A DNA stretch of 61,203 nucleotides, the filler included, from Rhabdomonas costata (lineage: Eukaryota), in the NCBI GenBank assembly GCA_019059605.1. It is 18 parts of 18 records of this genome, joined end to end, with 100 filler letters (N's around TTAATTAATTAA, not from the genome) between each part and the next. Parts side by side here need not be neighbours in the genome. Positions count along the whole stretch, not along the records: positions 1 to 3,310 come from JAHMHO010001018.1; positions 3,411 to 6,717 come from JAHMHO010001019.1; positions 6,818 to 10,127 come from JAHMHO010001020.1; positions 10,228 to 13,537 come from JAHMHO010001021.1; 14 more parts are not named here. One strand, written 5' to 3'. This document shows, piece by piece, positions 1-12,718 of this stretch (the first letter of the stretch is position 1; each line of letters starts with the position of its first letter). Under the pieces are notes generated by a model. That model worked only from the letters and a program-made list of their open reading frames with translations. It was not told the origin of the DNA and searched no databases. Both the position numbers and the translations under genes were made by a program.

Positions 1-199
1 CCATGGTTTTTTGTTACAGCCCTGATGGTGGGTGAGGTGACCAACGGGGCAGGGCGTTGGTAAGAGTGGCGATTAATGGCGAGAATGGTGGGCAGGTTAT
101 CTTGGTTGCGGGATCAGAAGTGAGGGTGTCACGTTCCAAGCTCGAACTGGAAGAGTGAAGGCAGGGTTGCACCGACCTGAAAGATCAATGTGGGGGTGC

Positions 200-376
200 T
201 CAATGTTCGATTCAATGTCAACAGTTCAAAGTTCAATTCAAAGTTCAGTGTCATGACCGTAGCAAAAACGTCGAAAATTCACTGGGCCAATTCTAGCATC
301 AAAGTTCAGAGTTCAAAGTTCAATGTTGGGCAGTTCAAAGTTCCATTCAGTTCACCTCAAAGGTCAAAGTTCAATG
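200..376. repeat. Degenerate (CAAAGTT/GTTCAAA)n satellite-like patch
   Basis: AAAGTTC occurs 6 times (228, 240, 301, 315, 337, 366) with further GTTCA variants. ORF 190..504 is a by-product. Confidence 0.75.
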
Positions 377-880
377 CAACCGTGGGGAAGGTTCCGAGAA
401 AAAATCAGTCCCCCGTAGGGCGGAACTGCACATTAGGTCCTATTTTAATCTTCTCTCATTTTTTTAAAGCCACTCAACCAACGCAGGATCCCACCCGAAA
501 ATAGAATGTGAGGAAGGCCACCCATGAGGTCACCTAGACGAAGTGTCTCGAGGGCAAAGCCGGCCTGCGGTCTTTCATTCATACAGAAGGCCTCCGAAAA
601 CGCTGTGAAGCCGGTCCTTTCACCCTCCACTGCACCTCATTTTCTGCCACACGCAGACAACAGATGGAATCGTTGAGCCCTGCCCCTCGTGACACACCTC
701 CTTTTCGCACCATCCAGCGAAACACGTCAAAAAGTCCGATTTGCCACACCTCACAAAGGTTGGGGCATGCTCGAACAGACGGGTTGGCCGAGTGCTTTTG
801 CCAAGTTTCCAGACTCGGTATCTTGTGTTCAGTTGCAAACGTAATTGTGTGCCCCAACCTCCGCCATCCCGCAGGCATGC

Positions 881-1180
881 CTCGGTTTTGATGTCCTCAA
901 TTTCCTGCAGAAGCGACTGAGAAAGCCCGAAGTCCTCGTCGGTCTCCCCCAAAAGCTTCGCCTTGCGGGCCAAGTAGTTCGCGATGGCCAGGCTTTGAGC
1001 CAGCAGGAGGCTGCCGTCCTGCATGATCGGCAGCTGCCCAAACGGGCACGTCGCCTTCAGGTCCCCTGGCCAGTTTGCCAGCTCGACCGGGTTGAAGGTG
1101 AAGTCCAGCCCGCCAGCCCGCGCAACCAGCACTGGGAAAATGTTGCCCCGAAATGCGAAGTAGGTGATCTGAATGGGCAT
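881..1180 (-). CDS. Glutathione S-transferase (Tyr-type, sigma-like), first exon only
   Basis: MPIQITYFAFRG...CPFGQLPIMQDG..LAQSLAIANYLARK..LLG matches GST N-domain motifs (N-terminal Tyr, cis-Pro QLP, QS-x-AI). Similarity stops after IEDIKTE (881). Later exons were not found. Confidence 0.9.
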
Positions 1181-3310
1181 TATGGAGACTGTGGAAAAGC
1201 TGTAAAAGTGATCCTTGACCCTCTATATAGAGAGAGGAAAATGAGGCCGCCTTTAAAAACAACATCAGACTTTGAGCCGAAGCACACTTCTGGTCGCTTT
1301 GGGAGCTCTTTTGGTCAACATACTCTAAATCTCGGCAGAAGTCGAGCGAGCGCCCAAAGAGGTACACTTTAAACCTTAGCTTAGGAGAAGGGTATATATG
1401 GATGCCGCTTGATCATGGAATGCACCTGACCACAATCAACTTATTCACAGTGCCCTTCACCCAGCCACCACCAAACTTACACAATCACGAGAGAAGGATG
1501 TGAACAAACCAGAAAGAGGCTGCAAGAACTCTCCTTCAAGCGCTCTTCTTCTTCTATTCTCACAACTGACCCATTCTCCTTCCGCCCTCTTCTCGTCCAT
1601 TTCAGTCTTCTCCAAATCCACCAGGTCACACCACTAACCCCAAGTGAACCCCCGAGTGACGCAAAACTGCTGCACAAAACTGGCGCAAGCAGCACGATTC
1701 GACGCGAACCAGCGCTAGTCGACCCGGTCTGGTGATTGGTGGTGTTGCGGGTTGTGGCTTCGTGAAAGCCTCTTGTGGGTCTGCGTTTGGTCGTCAGGAG
1801 TTTGTCATTTGTTTCTACTGGGGTCTGGTGGGTCGGTATTCGATGTTCGGGCGTGGGCTCCATTGTGATGAATGCCCTGTGACGACTTGAAAACGGATCA
1901 TTTGGATTCTGATCAAGTCCTTCAAAACCGAATTGGAATGAGTTTGCTCTGCTGGTGGACGCTGTTCGCTTGCTGCGGGTGGTGTCTAAAATTCCGCGAA
2001 TTTTTCGTCAAAGACCACCTGGCGACAGGAGGAGACGCATTATAAAGGGTGTGTGAAGGGGAAGTTACAGAAAAGGAGAGGGAAATCAGCTGAACCGAAC
2101 GATAATAAAAGAGGGAAAAGAAGAAAGCAAGTGGAAAAAAGGACGAAGGACATGAAAGAGAGAGAGAAGAGGAGGATGAGTGACGGTTTCAACAGAAGTG
2201 AAACGAAAAAGAAAAAAGAGTATGGAAAAAGATTGGAGAGAAAGAGAATGATGTTACGGGAAGAGCTTATGGATATGCCTGTGGAAAATTGGAAATAGGA
2301 GGAGACAGGAAGGGAGAAGTGGAGGAGGAGGGGAGAGCATGCTTCGAGTGGAGGTGTGTGTGTTAGGCGCATTGCGCGCTGGATGCTGACTGGTTGCTTG
2401 GTTGTTGGTGTCACGGATCTCGGGCAATTGTCGCGCAGCTGCTCTTTTCCAGCTGGCTCTATTGCTGCTCAGGTCTCTGCGACTCCATACTCCTTCCTTT
2501 GGGGCTGAGGCATTTTCACCTCCGTGTGTGTGTAGGTGGGTGGGTGGGGAGGATCCGAAACCTCGCAGGAGATGACGTGCATCTGCTTGTGCACCCAGGA
2601 AAGACAGACAACGATCATTGGTGGTGTTGATCCTTTGGTCTGCTGCATTGGGTCGCTGGCGGGTTTGGTTTCGGGCTGAAACCCGATCCCCCAATCAACC
2701 ACCCTGGGTAAATCAGATGGTTCACAATCGTCATTCCACTCTTTCGAAAGAGCAAAAAGGGTTGCGGGTTCATTTCAATAATTTCCACTTTTCCATCCTA
2801 ACCACCGTTGTTTCTTTCCTTTCCTTGCCTGGATGAGGTGGGTTTCTTTTTGTGCCGCTTAAAACCACCGCAGTCCTCGAACCCGCCGGGTATTCCTGAC
2901 ATGGCTAACCGCTTTTTCTCCGGGTTGATCTGTTGCTTCAAGCTCAAAGTGTGAGTGAGGGAGAAACATCGGAGTGTGAGCAGGGTTTCTCGACCACCTG
3001 TCGTCACTCCCCCCGTACATTCCTTTAGTCACCACGACCAGTCAACCGTCGTGTCGCTTTTCAATTTCACCGCTGCCACGATTCGTTCAGTTCGTTTATT
3101 ACATTTGTACCCTACAGCAAACGTTCAACCCAAGTACAGGTTAGCAGGTCGAACATTGCGGCGTCAACCAGTAGGGTTCCACCTGGTGGTTTCAGCGGAA
3201 ATCGTGACCTCAGCTGGACTACGACAAGACAGGTTTGGATGACGGCCAGTGGATATCCGCATATACCTCGCTGATGGTTGGTTAATGCCTGACCCTACTC
3301 CCAACCACAA

Positions 3311-3410
3311 NNNNNNNNNNNNNNNNNNNNNNNNNNNNNNNNNNNNNNNNNNNNTTAATTAATTAANNNNNNNNNNNNNNNNNNNNNNNNNNNNNNNNNN
3401 NNNNNNNNNN
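3311..3410. other. Artificial contig spacer (N44-TTAATTAATTAA-N44), first of 17
   Basis: The same 100-bp block starts at 3311, 6718, 10128, 13538, 16947, 20356, 23772, 27179, 30583, 33988, 37392, 40797, 44199, 47602, 51005, 54406 and 57805. TTAATTAATTAA stops all six frames. Confidence 0.99.
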
Positions 3411-4115
3411 ACCATTGAATGTCGAAAAGAAAGGTGGTTCCTTCTTGCTTGGTTACCCATCACGCACGTACGGTGTCTAGGCTGGATAGCAATAAATATA
3501 TTTGTAAAAAGCCAAATCCTCTCACTTTTTGATCGCTTCTTGATCGCCAAGAGTCGCTAAGAGCGTTGCCGAACGCTCATTCCATGTCTGTTACCTTCCT
3601 AATCCCCTAATGTTCATGACTCGTGTCACCTCTGAAAGGACGAGGGTTGAAGTATAAAAACAAAACGAAGAAATGGAGCAAAAATATCTCATCTGGTAGA
3701 ACCCTATTTTCACTGCTTGTGGTTTATTTTCCTAAATGCCCTATTTTTGAGGTGAGGAGGAGGAATCAAGTAGGAGGAGGGCAGGGTTTATATAACTCCT
3801 GTCCTCGGAAAAAAGGATCATCAAAAAGCTAGCTCGTATATTTTAACACACTTTCAAGGCTGACCGGTTCGATGCCTTGAGCTCTGCTTTCCGTCGAAGG
3901 GAATATTTATCTATCCCCCCTGCAGCGTCACTGGCTCGTCAGTCAGCTTCGGCGGCATTATTACTGGCCGCCTAGACACTAGTCTATTCTGCCTCACGTG
4001 ATCATTCAGACACACAGTCATGTGGGTCTGTGTGCCATGACCATGCATTCTCACAAAACCGGATACACTGTGCTTATTACCGCAAGTCGCCTTGCGTTCG
4101 TTTTCCCCACCTCAG

Positions 4116-6318
4116 ATTGCCTTTGCCGTGGGCTCCGCGGGATTCTGCTTCTGGCTTGCCCTTGGGCATCACCCACGGATCCGCTCCCCGTCTGAACGCC
4201 TGCGCCGGTCCGCAGGGCTCTTCGGCACCGCCCTTGCGAAGCTGGTGTGCATGATCGGGCTGGCCGTGGTTATGCCCCGTCTGGAGGGCTTCCCATGGCC
4301 AGTGCACACTCTCTGCCAGGGAGCGATGTTTTACCTGTGCACGTACACGATGGATGCTGCTGCTGGAGTGCTTGTGGTGGGGTTTGGGGTTCCTGCGGAG
4401 CACATCTTCAACGCCCCGTACCTGTCGACGTCGCTTCGGGAGTGGTGGGGAGCGCGGTGGAACCTTGCGGTGAGCGAGGGCTTCCGCGAGGTCTCCTCAC
4501 CGCGCCCCTGCTCTCTCACATCCCATTTCTTTTATGTGCTTCGTTTGGTTTCTGGATGGTTTGGAGAGGAAGGGATGCAATTCGATGCTTTTTGATTACG
4601 TGTGGCCACAAATGAAGTGGGTTTGTTGCAAGGGAGGAGGTGGGGGAAGGGTTGTTGAACGATTTAGCAGCGACTGCACGACGCAAGACTCCCCCACTCT
4701 CCCAAACACCGCCCCCTTCTCAGCCGTCCTCTACGGCGCGGACCGGCAATTATATTGGAACCGTTTATCGCCCTTCCCTGGCTACCTCACCGAGGTCCGG
4801 CCAACACGGTAACACACCAGAAATACCAAGGAAAGGTACCGCAATACACTCCTAGAGTCCTTAATCAAATAATTTCCAAGTATCCTTACACGCCCATTTA
4901 ATATCCTTTAACCGTTGAACACCGTTCAGCCGTCTAACTGGTTAACGCTGGTTAACTGTGTGACACACATCCCCCTCATTTAAAAAAAACGGACTACTGA
5001 AGAAAAGTTGAAACGTGCTCGAGCACCTTTGAGCACCCAGGCCACTACATCGTGGGTGGTGGGAGCAAAGTTCCGCCGTAACGGTACGCTGTTACATTGT
5101 CTTCTGGCCGTGGTTGCTTTGGTAAGCATGACATCGTGTGGTGAGACCCCACCCCCCGGTCCTGATCTTGGAGGTAGCCATATCACCCGGTGGAAATGAA
5201 CTGCCAGCGTTCTCTTTCGGACTGTGTCTGGTAACTGCACATCGCGGGACGATTCCCCAGCCAAATGCCCTCCCTGCAGGAAGTCTTCAGACGCCAAAAG
5301 GGCAACGGCCAGCTCCGCGGCGGAACAGCCGCCTACAGCCTACTGCCCGAGTTTGAGAGTGCGAAACGAGCCACTTTGAGGGAGCTTTGGGATCTTTGTT
5401 CAGACTTTCCACATTGGGGTTCTTCTTACTGACAGTTCCAAGACCTCAAAAGTTAGTCACAGCTAAGCGTTTAGCAAAGCAATATCTCCACACAAGGTGA
5501 TGTACCTCCCGCTGTGCAAAGCTCTTGGGCGCCGCCTGGGAGGGAATCCTACCCCCGCCCCCACCACTTGCAGGGCCGATGCCGGTGGTCCCCGCGGTCG
5601 ACCGGCTGGAGGCCGTCTTGCCCAGGCCGTGGCTATGATATCGTGCTTTGCGGTGAGCGGGTTGGGCCACGAGCTGCTGATGGACTTCCTGACGGGGCGG
5701 CTGACCGTGGAGTGGGGCGGGTTTTTCCTGCTGCACGGCGGGCTCATCATCGGGGAGCAACTGGTTCACACGCACCTCCGTGCACAGACCTCTTTCCGGT
5801 CACCGAGAGTTTCAAGCAATGCTATGCCGGCACTAGTTGGGGGAAGGAGTGGCGTAAAACGGTATAATAGCGTTATATACGGTATAACGGCGGTATACGG
5901 TCATAGGGGGGCATATCAAAGAACGACTTTTTTTACTTTCCGTTCACGTTGTCGTTCACTTTAGTGATTATTGGTTGTGAGAACTCATTCCTTGCAGGGC
6001 TTTAGTCAACAAGAAAAACCGGACTATTTTCGCGGGGCGTTGGAGCGGTCCTTAGGTAACGGATTTATTATGATGCCCAAGGGGAGCGGCGCACACAGAC
6101 AGATGAAGCCCACGAATGTGTATGACAGCTTCTGGACCCTTACCAGCGCCGAACTGAAAGGGCCCTTCGCTTGGATTTTGCTCCTCGTCTTTTTCTTGCT
6201 GCTCCTCTCCTGCCTTCCGCCATTCCGGCTGCAGCAATGTACGGGTATGCTTTTCAACCCCCGCGCTTTTTTAGTGGGTGGTGCTGGCCGTGGTGTGTGT
6301 TATGTGTGCACGCGATGA
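4116..6318 (+). CDS. MBOAT wax-ester synthase (plant-type long-chain-alcohol O-acyltransferase), 5'-partial; exons 4116-4490, 5497-5798, 6129-~6318
   Basis: FNAPYLSTSLREWWGARWNL and FAVSGLGHELL (catalytic His) motifs. GT-AG introns 4491-5496 (phase 0) and 5799-6128 (phase 2) keep the frame. The last exon encodes a hydrophobic helix; its end is uncertain. Confidence 0.9.
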
Positions 6319-6560
6319 AAAGACGGATAAGGAAACACTCACACGCGTGAAGGAGAGCGCTGGTGCAAAGAAATGCTCCTAACCTAAGACGTGCGCAGCC
6401 TGGGTAGCCCTTTGGCACGTATGTCAGACGTGGGGTGCCGGCTCTACAGACAACATGACAGGGACCTTCCGCCTGCCCGTGTTCCTGGTGTATGTACAGA
6501 AAACGTGCGAAAGAAACTCTGTGTCCTCCCCCACCCACCCCTACCCGACGCCCAACACGA

Positions 6561-6626
6561 GAAACCTGTAGAGGTGAAAACTTGAGGTACACTAGAGGTA
6601 AACTAGAGGTAGAAACTTGTAGAGGT
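6561..6626. repeat. Degenerate tandem (A)CTAGAGGT-type repeat
   Basis: About five GAGGT-cored units: ctgtagaggt, cttgaggt, actagaggt, actagaggt, ttgtagaggt. Confidence 0.55.
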
Positions 6627-9600
6627 GTGGTGCCTGCATGTTGGCACGATTATTTCACTCCTCCCGCAGAATGCAGAATGCAGGGAAAAAGTGCATAGGT
6701 CCGCCCATCCTGCGCCTNNNNNNNNNNNNNNNNNNNNNNNNNNNNNNNNNNNNNNNNNNNNTTAATTAATTAANNNNNNNNNNNNNNNNNNNNNNNNNNN
6801 NNNNNNNNNNNNNNNNNGGTTTTTTGTTGTATAGGAAAGGTGTTTTGTTGTATAAGAAAAAAGCCAGTTTTCTGTTGCTACCGGTGCCACCATTACCGCT
6901 CCCCAAAAAGATTTTCACTGAGCCGGATGGATGGATGTGCAACCTACAGCACTCTAATTTAACTTACAGCAAGTTCGTCCAAAGATATCTCCATGGACAC
7001 CGACACCGCAGAAAATACAGAAAAACGGTATTCCCCCTCCTCCCCTGAATACCCTCAGTGCTTATTTGGAAGCTTTGTTGACTGTCGCAGATCTTTGTCA
7101 CCCATATCGCTCCGCAAGCAAAGAAACAACGACAGCGCTCCACTGCAGTCTTTCAACAGGTCCCCAGGACTGTTCAGGCATCTCAGAGAATATACAGGAA
7201 TGTCGAGCAGCCGCACGAGGGAAGCACACATTAAACAAAGTCCGACAAGATAGAGGGTCTTGCATGTGGTTAGGGGGCGATGCGCACGTGTGGGGGGGGT
7301 GCGGGGAGCAGAGATACCCCGCGCAATATACTCTGTACTTTCACCTTCACTTTCTTTTGTCTCGCCACAAAAATCTCACTCCTCTACGCGTCATAGCAAG
7401 CAACAAAATCTCAAAGAAAGCCTGGGTCCGTAAAATACACCAATAACATGGGTGTCCCCAAAATGCACTGAATAGGGGGGTGGTATAATGCCGGAAGAAC
7501 TCTTCTAAAGGAATAGGATTTATCTCACCTTCTCTGTCTCTAGCGTTGAAGCTCACTCTTGTGGGTTTTATCGAATATCAGAAGTATAAAGCGTTGAAGG
7601 GATTCTGGAAATGACTCAAAGGTTGTCAGTGTTAAAAAGTTCAGAAGAGGGAGCCGATTGACCACATTACTCGGATTTTGTTTCTGAGGCTTTATTCGAC
7701 GCTAGAATTCGAGGGGATCTTGCAGCTTCCACGTGGAACGTTGGCTCTGCCACCAGGTGTGTCACCTTCTGTGTGAACAAGCGCATGCATGCATGATTCT
7801 ATACCTTCAAATAATTTCTTCCACACTCGCGCACCCATTACGGTCGACTGTAGGAGGAAGACCTTGTTGTTTTGATCGATGTCCACGGAACGTGTACACG
7901 CCAAATAAAATAGTCCACTTACTTTGAACTTATGTCGCTTTTGTCGTTTCTGATAAACTGCCTTGATGAAGCCTGACAATCTGGTCCGAGATTTTTCTGC
8001 TCGTGTGAGCTCTTTTTCTACTGCTTGCAAGAAGACAATTTTGATCTGCTTCCGCTGAACCTTTTAAATAATGAACAGCGATGATGCTTCCCAGCAACTG
8101 CGGGATCTGAAGCGCAAGCTGGAGAAAATTGGTCATGAAATCGACGAAGGTCAGGAAGGCAAATATCAGTACATAGCAGAGTCAGTGGGGCGTAGAATGG
8201 CGGAAATCAGGAACAGGAAGAACTAGAGCGCCGATTGGAGATCAGTGGTCAATGGCTACGGGATGAATGAGAGCGCTTAGCTCACTTCCCAGTGGAAGCG
8301 AGAGAAAGCGAGAGCTTCAAGTAGAACCCAATGGTGCTGACTCTAGTTCCAGATGCGTGGCTGACGTTTTCCGCGCTTAACCGTGTTCGCCTGACAGGTC
8401 GAAATGTCTTCTTCTAGGAGCAAATTGTCCTATTGATCGTGTCGGTTCTTTCCACTGAGGCGGTGAAGTCGTAGCGTCCTGAACAACCCTACGACGTCCT
8501 CTTAGTGTGCCAAAGCTCGGACAAATGTCCTGCTTATCTCTCAGCTGTACCCTTCTGGATCAAACTTACCTCAAAAAGACCTTGAGCAAGCGACAAAGGA
8601 CCTAGAATGATTAATAAGGGCTTGGCCTCGTTGGTGATGTCAAAGGAGTTTCAGGAGCTTCACCACGCTCTGACTGTGGCACTGGAGCCAACCTGGAGGC
8701 CGGAGATAGTTCCGGGCCAAGAAACTCTGGAGGCATGCCCTGCAGGCATTCCAAGCGGCCTTCCCTCTCAGCAGCATTCCGCCGCGTCTTTTCTGGATAT
8801 TCTGTCTCTTGTAAACATAAACAAAAGTCAGAAGGCAGAACTGGGGAAGACGTGCCGCAGCTTCCAAATGTTGCAGGAGCTCCTGGAGGATGGCATGGTT
8901 GCAGTCCCTGCGCTCGTCTCCGGGTTGAATCTCGCACATCAGCGCATTATTCAGATCTCTCTTCCCATAGCTGTGCATCCATCCCCGACCCAATGCTGCT
9001 CCTGCTTTTGTATGCACTGGTGTTCACGCATCAGAACTACCACGTCGTACTGAGGCCGGCATGGCCAGAAGAAAAGGACGAGGAAGGTGACGGCTTTCCG
9101 ATCTTGCTGGTGCCCATTCTAATCCTCTCGTGCCGAAGACTGCTTCGGAAGCGAAGGACCGGGTGGAGCCTAAAGACAGTTTTGTGACTGGTTTTCCGAA
9201 GTTAGTCCTGACACTTCCTCAGTGCTTAAGTTGTAAATTAGCTGTTTTATTCAGCTTATAACTAATTTCTCATCCAAGAATTACCGGTGTGCGTTGCTCC
9301 ACCTCGAATTTCACAATTTTGCTTGAACTTTCACTTCTGTGCATTATTTGTGTTGCTGCAGCGCTACAATACTACAATGAACATGAGATTTGATGTTGCC
9401 CTACCTTGTGTTTCTCGATTAACGTGAGGAGGTAATGTGAACATTGTGGTTTTGATTGGTGCCACATATGTTTTACTGTTAGTGCAACCGAATTACGTAA
9501 TTCTTCATGAAATAAAGACATGTGCTTAGCACTTGGGTTACTGCCTTAAGGTTTGATAGCAAGGCATTAAAAGGCACCCGGGAGCCCCAAGTTTGAGACC

Positions 9601-11809
9601 CGGAGACCAGTACCATGAGTTTTGAATTCTCTCACTCCAGGATGCAAAAGGAAGTCGCTTTGCACCTTCAGTGCCCCGTTTCTCCTCGAATACCTCGAGT
9701 TATGCTCTAGGACGCTCTCCGGAAAGACTTCAGGCCCGGCAGTGAAAACCCAGCAAGCGCAAAATTTTGCCCTAACCTTGGGGTGACATAATGGTGTAAT
9801 ATTCCTTAAGCGGAAAGAGTGACCACATCCATCTGCACCCACTCTTTTTGGAACGTGGACCGCGAAGAAAACACTTCCGGAACCTCGGCATGGCCTTTTT
9901 GCAGCCGAAAAGGCCAAACTTTTGGGTCCAAAAGGTCATTTCCGTACTTGTGTAAAAATTTCAATTCAGGTGAGCTCCCCACGGCTCCAATCCGAGAAGG
10001 GCTCTGTCTGCAAGTAGATGCAAATGGACAGAATAATAGTTCTGATACTTTGGTGCGCAAAACTTTTGAATTGTATCCGGGTTTTGAATCGGTTGAGAAT
10101 ATGATCTCAGCCGATTCACAACCCACCNNNNNNNNNNNNNNNNNNNNNNNNNNNNNNNNNNNNNNNNNNNNTTAATTAATTAANNNNNNNNNNNNNNNNN
10201 NNNNNNNNNNNNNNNNNNNNNNNNNNNACGACAGTGCCACAGTGGTGCTGTGAGGCTTTTGGAACCTTGTTCCTTGCAGGCCATGGGCTGTGCCGGAATT
10301 GATGAGTGTGGATGCAGACACCCCTGCCTTGTTTTTGCCCCAGCATCATGTCCGTGTGTCAGAGAGGAAGTTGTTCGTTTGGCTTTGCCTGCGTCTTTTC
10401 TCTCTTTTGCCACTTGGAGTGTCAGCTCCTCCGGCTTCCTGATTTCCAAAGCAGCCGTTTGTCGCTTGCCGTGTGGAAGTGTTCCTATGCAAGTGCGCCT
10501 TCCTTGCCGTGGTGTGCCAGTGTTGACTTTGCGGCCCATGTGTACTGCATGTATTTTTAGCGGATTTGCGGGTGAGCGTATTTCACCTGCGGCGTAAAAA
10601 GCTTTGCACTGGCTTTCTCGCGGTGTGCGTGTGTGGTGTCCGCCGATGTGAGTTGAAGAATGTGGTTGATTGACCTCCTCCTTGCATGTATTACGTGTAA
10701 GCATACTCGCATATTGTAAGTAGTATCGCGGATCCCCGAAAGTCCGAAGGTTCTTTCTTATTTCCTAATCCAGATGCCGTGCGTCCTGCCCAGAGGCGGA
10801 CAATGAAGAATAGCGGGACCGGAAGAAAATAGGTTCCACTCTCCAGGGGCTCCAGAGGGTATGAGACTGCGGTTCGGTCCCATCTCACAGTGTCACTTCC
10901 GTTTTTTTGTTGCTATTGTTTTTGTGAATGTGTGTGATGTGAGACAGCCGATGGTGGCTGTGCATCGATCCTAGCGACTTCATTGAACAGGGAGACTTTT
11001 CTGCGGCAATGGTGTGCTCTTCTTGCTTTTGTGTTCTAGTGAGGGCTTAGCAGTCCTTTTATGGAGGCGAGAACTGTGCTTAACCAGATTCTGCAATTTG
11101 GTTGTCAATTCTTTAATTCTTTGCGTCAGTTTTTAGCAACTTTTTTGTGGTGTTTTCTCGCGCCATTTGAGTGTGGGGTCAGTTTTGACGAAGGCCACAA
11201 TAAGATGCTCTTAGAAGAGCAAGGGGCACGAGATAAGAAGGGCCCGAATATGATGCTGAAACTCACACAAATCCAGTTTCCTTGTGAGTTTCGCGTTCTC
11301 TTCCCTGATTTTTTCTCGTAAAGAACCTGCACAGAGGAAAGGACGGCGGCGATCGTCGGTCGGTCGCATTAGCACGCATATGCCCCCACCTTCGCCCCAT
11401 GCGGCACCCTTCCCCCGCGAGGCAGGGTGACGAAGAGCAGATTGTGGTCGCAGCAGCGACCGCTGTGTCAGAATATTAACCAGTTCGGTACGTCACTGCG
11501 GCCCAGCACGCCCGATCGAGGGATCTGGGAACATAGTCCTCTCGAGGACTTACGACAGAAACGGCACCCGTAGCACCCATCTATGGTAAATGCCTCGGTG
11601 GCATTCAGTTAGCGTATGCGCCATACCAACCATTACGGACATCCTGCGCTTGCTCAGTTCATGAGCGTAGAGGGGAAGATGCTACAGTGGACCGTGACAT
11701 CAACTCCGCATAGGTGAGCCGCAACCTACGCACATGTACATTCACGCACATACAGACATTCAGACAACAGCCAGTGTGCCCGATACACACCCTCTTTGTT
11801 GTCATTCAG

Positions 11810-12718
11810 TTTGACTCTGAGTCTGACTCGGATGGCAGCGAGGCCCAGGAGGCGAAGGTGTTGTGCTCGGACCATGTGGTCAGGCTGAATCGAGGCACCC
11901 AGACCCGCAAAGTGGAGCTGGGAGAGGAAACCGACGCCCAGGAACTCACCTTAGAGGTGTGCCTGCGTTGGGGTGGAGGTGTGGCATCTACCCAATGCAA
12001 TACAGTTCGCCCATGGTGTTTGGTACTTATGGTGGGTAGTCAATGATCGTGCAAGGTTTTTAGACCTGTTTTTGACCTTCCTGTGTGGGCTAATTCATGC
12101 AGTTGCTGGTGTGGCACCAACAAACAACAGGCAGGGACAGCAACGGACAAGGCAGGGGGACCAGCTGTTGAGAGTTGCGAGTCGCATCATCCATCTTTTT
12201 GAGCAATGTGTGTTTCTTTTGGGGGGGTAATCTTTTTTTAGTCGCTGAGGATCAAGGTGGGCTTCCTACAGCGCCGGGAAGAACATCATGTCGCCAAACT
12301 CAGGTATTTGTGCATGCGCTGTAGATGGTGAGGGTAAATGCTGCGCTGTGGATGGTGAGGGTAAATGCTTTCTGAGATGAACACCGGTCATAGGTGAATG
12401 TTTTACAGAATACTATGTGCATTTGCTACTTGCAACCAGCACAGAGGTTCCCCTGGTCTGAATTTAAGGACAAGAAAGAATGTTTTGGGTGCCGGGAATG
12501 AGAAAAGTGAAAAAAAATTTGTCCGTTTGCCCGTTTGTTGAGGCATGTCACATGTTGTTGAAAGCATTTCTCAAGAGAAAACTTGAGCCTGAGGCTGGGG
12601 GCTGGGACGGATCAGGAAACGGATCGCCGAGCTGATCCAGAGCAACGAGCAGAAGTCGGAGGAGATGAAGCAGTTCACGGAGCAGTATATCAAGTGGCAG
12701 CGAAAATACAATGACATG
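11810..12718 (+). CDS. Internal exons of an uncharacterised coiled-coil protein (11810-11956, 12242-12303, 12616-12718)
   Basis: GT-AG junctions join in frame to give FDSESDSDG...ELTLE/SLRIKVGFLQRREEHHVAKL/RKRIAELIQSNEQKSEEMKQFTEQYIKWQRKYNDM. Confidence 0.6.
12315..12368. repeat. 27-bp intronic tandem duplication (2 copies, 1 mismatch)
   Basis: tgcgctgtRgatggtgagggtaaatgc x2. Confidence 0.9.

Noticed and set aside
1864-1914. Box C (GTGATGA) ... box D (CTGA) snoRNA-like spacing
   Set aside because: Only ~48 nt, no convincing terminal stem or C'/D' boxes, and no recognisable antisense guide.
2040-2414. K/R/E-rich and F/L/S-rich ORFs
   Set aside because: Translation of a purine-rich low-complexity tract. 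The same applies at 28841-29245 and 33771-33983.
3355-3366. Regularly spaced TTAATTAATTAA repeat (~3.4-kb period) and ORFs ending in X...LIN
   Set aside because: Artificial linker inside N runs; not a CRISPR array or biological repeat.
7620-8830. Faint GBP/atlastin-like words on + (KVVSV, LVVLIDVHG) or a MULE-like word on - (DIDQNNKVFLL)
   Set aside because: Many stops, no intact P-loop or DDE, and two incompatible readings. Needs a frameshift-aware HMM search.
12575-12615. Apparent frameshift/TGA stops in a coiled-coil exon
   Set aside because: Resolved by the downstream acceptor atcag|g at 12615, so the stretch is intronic.
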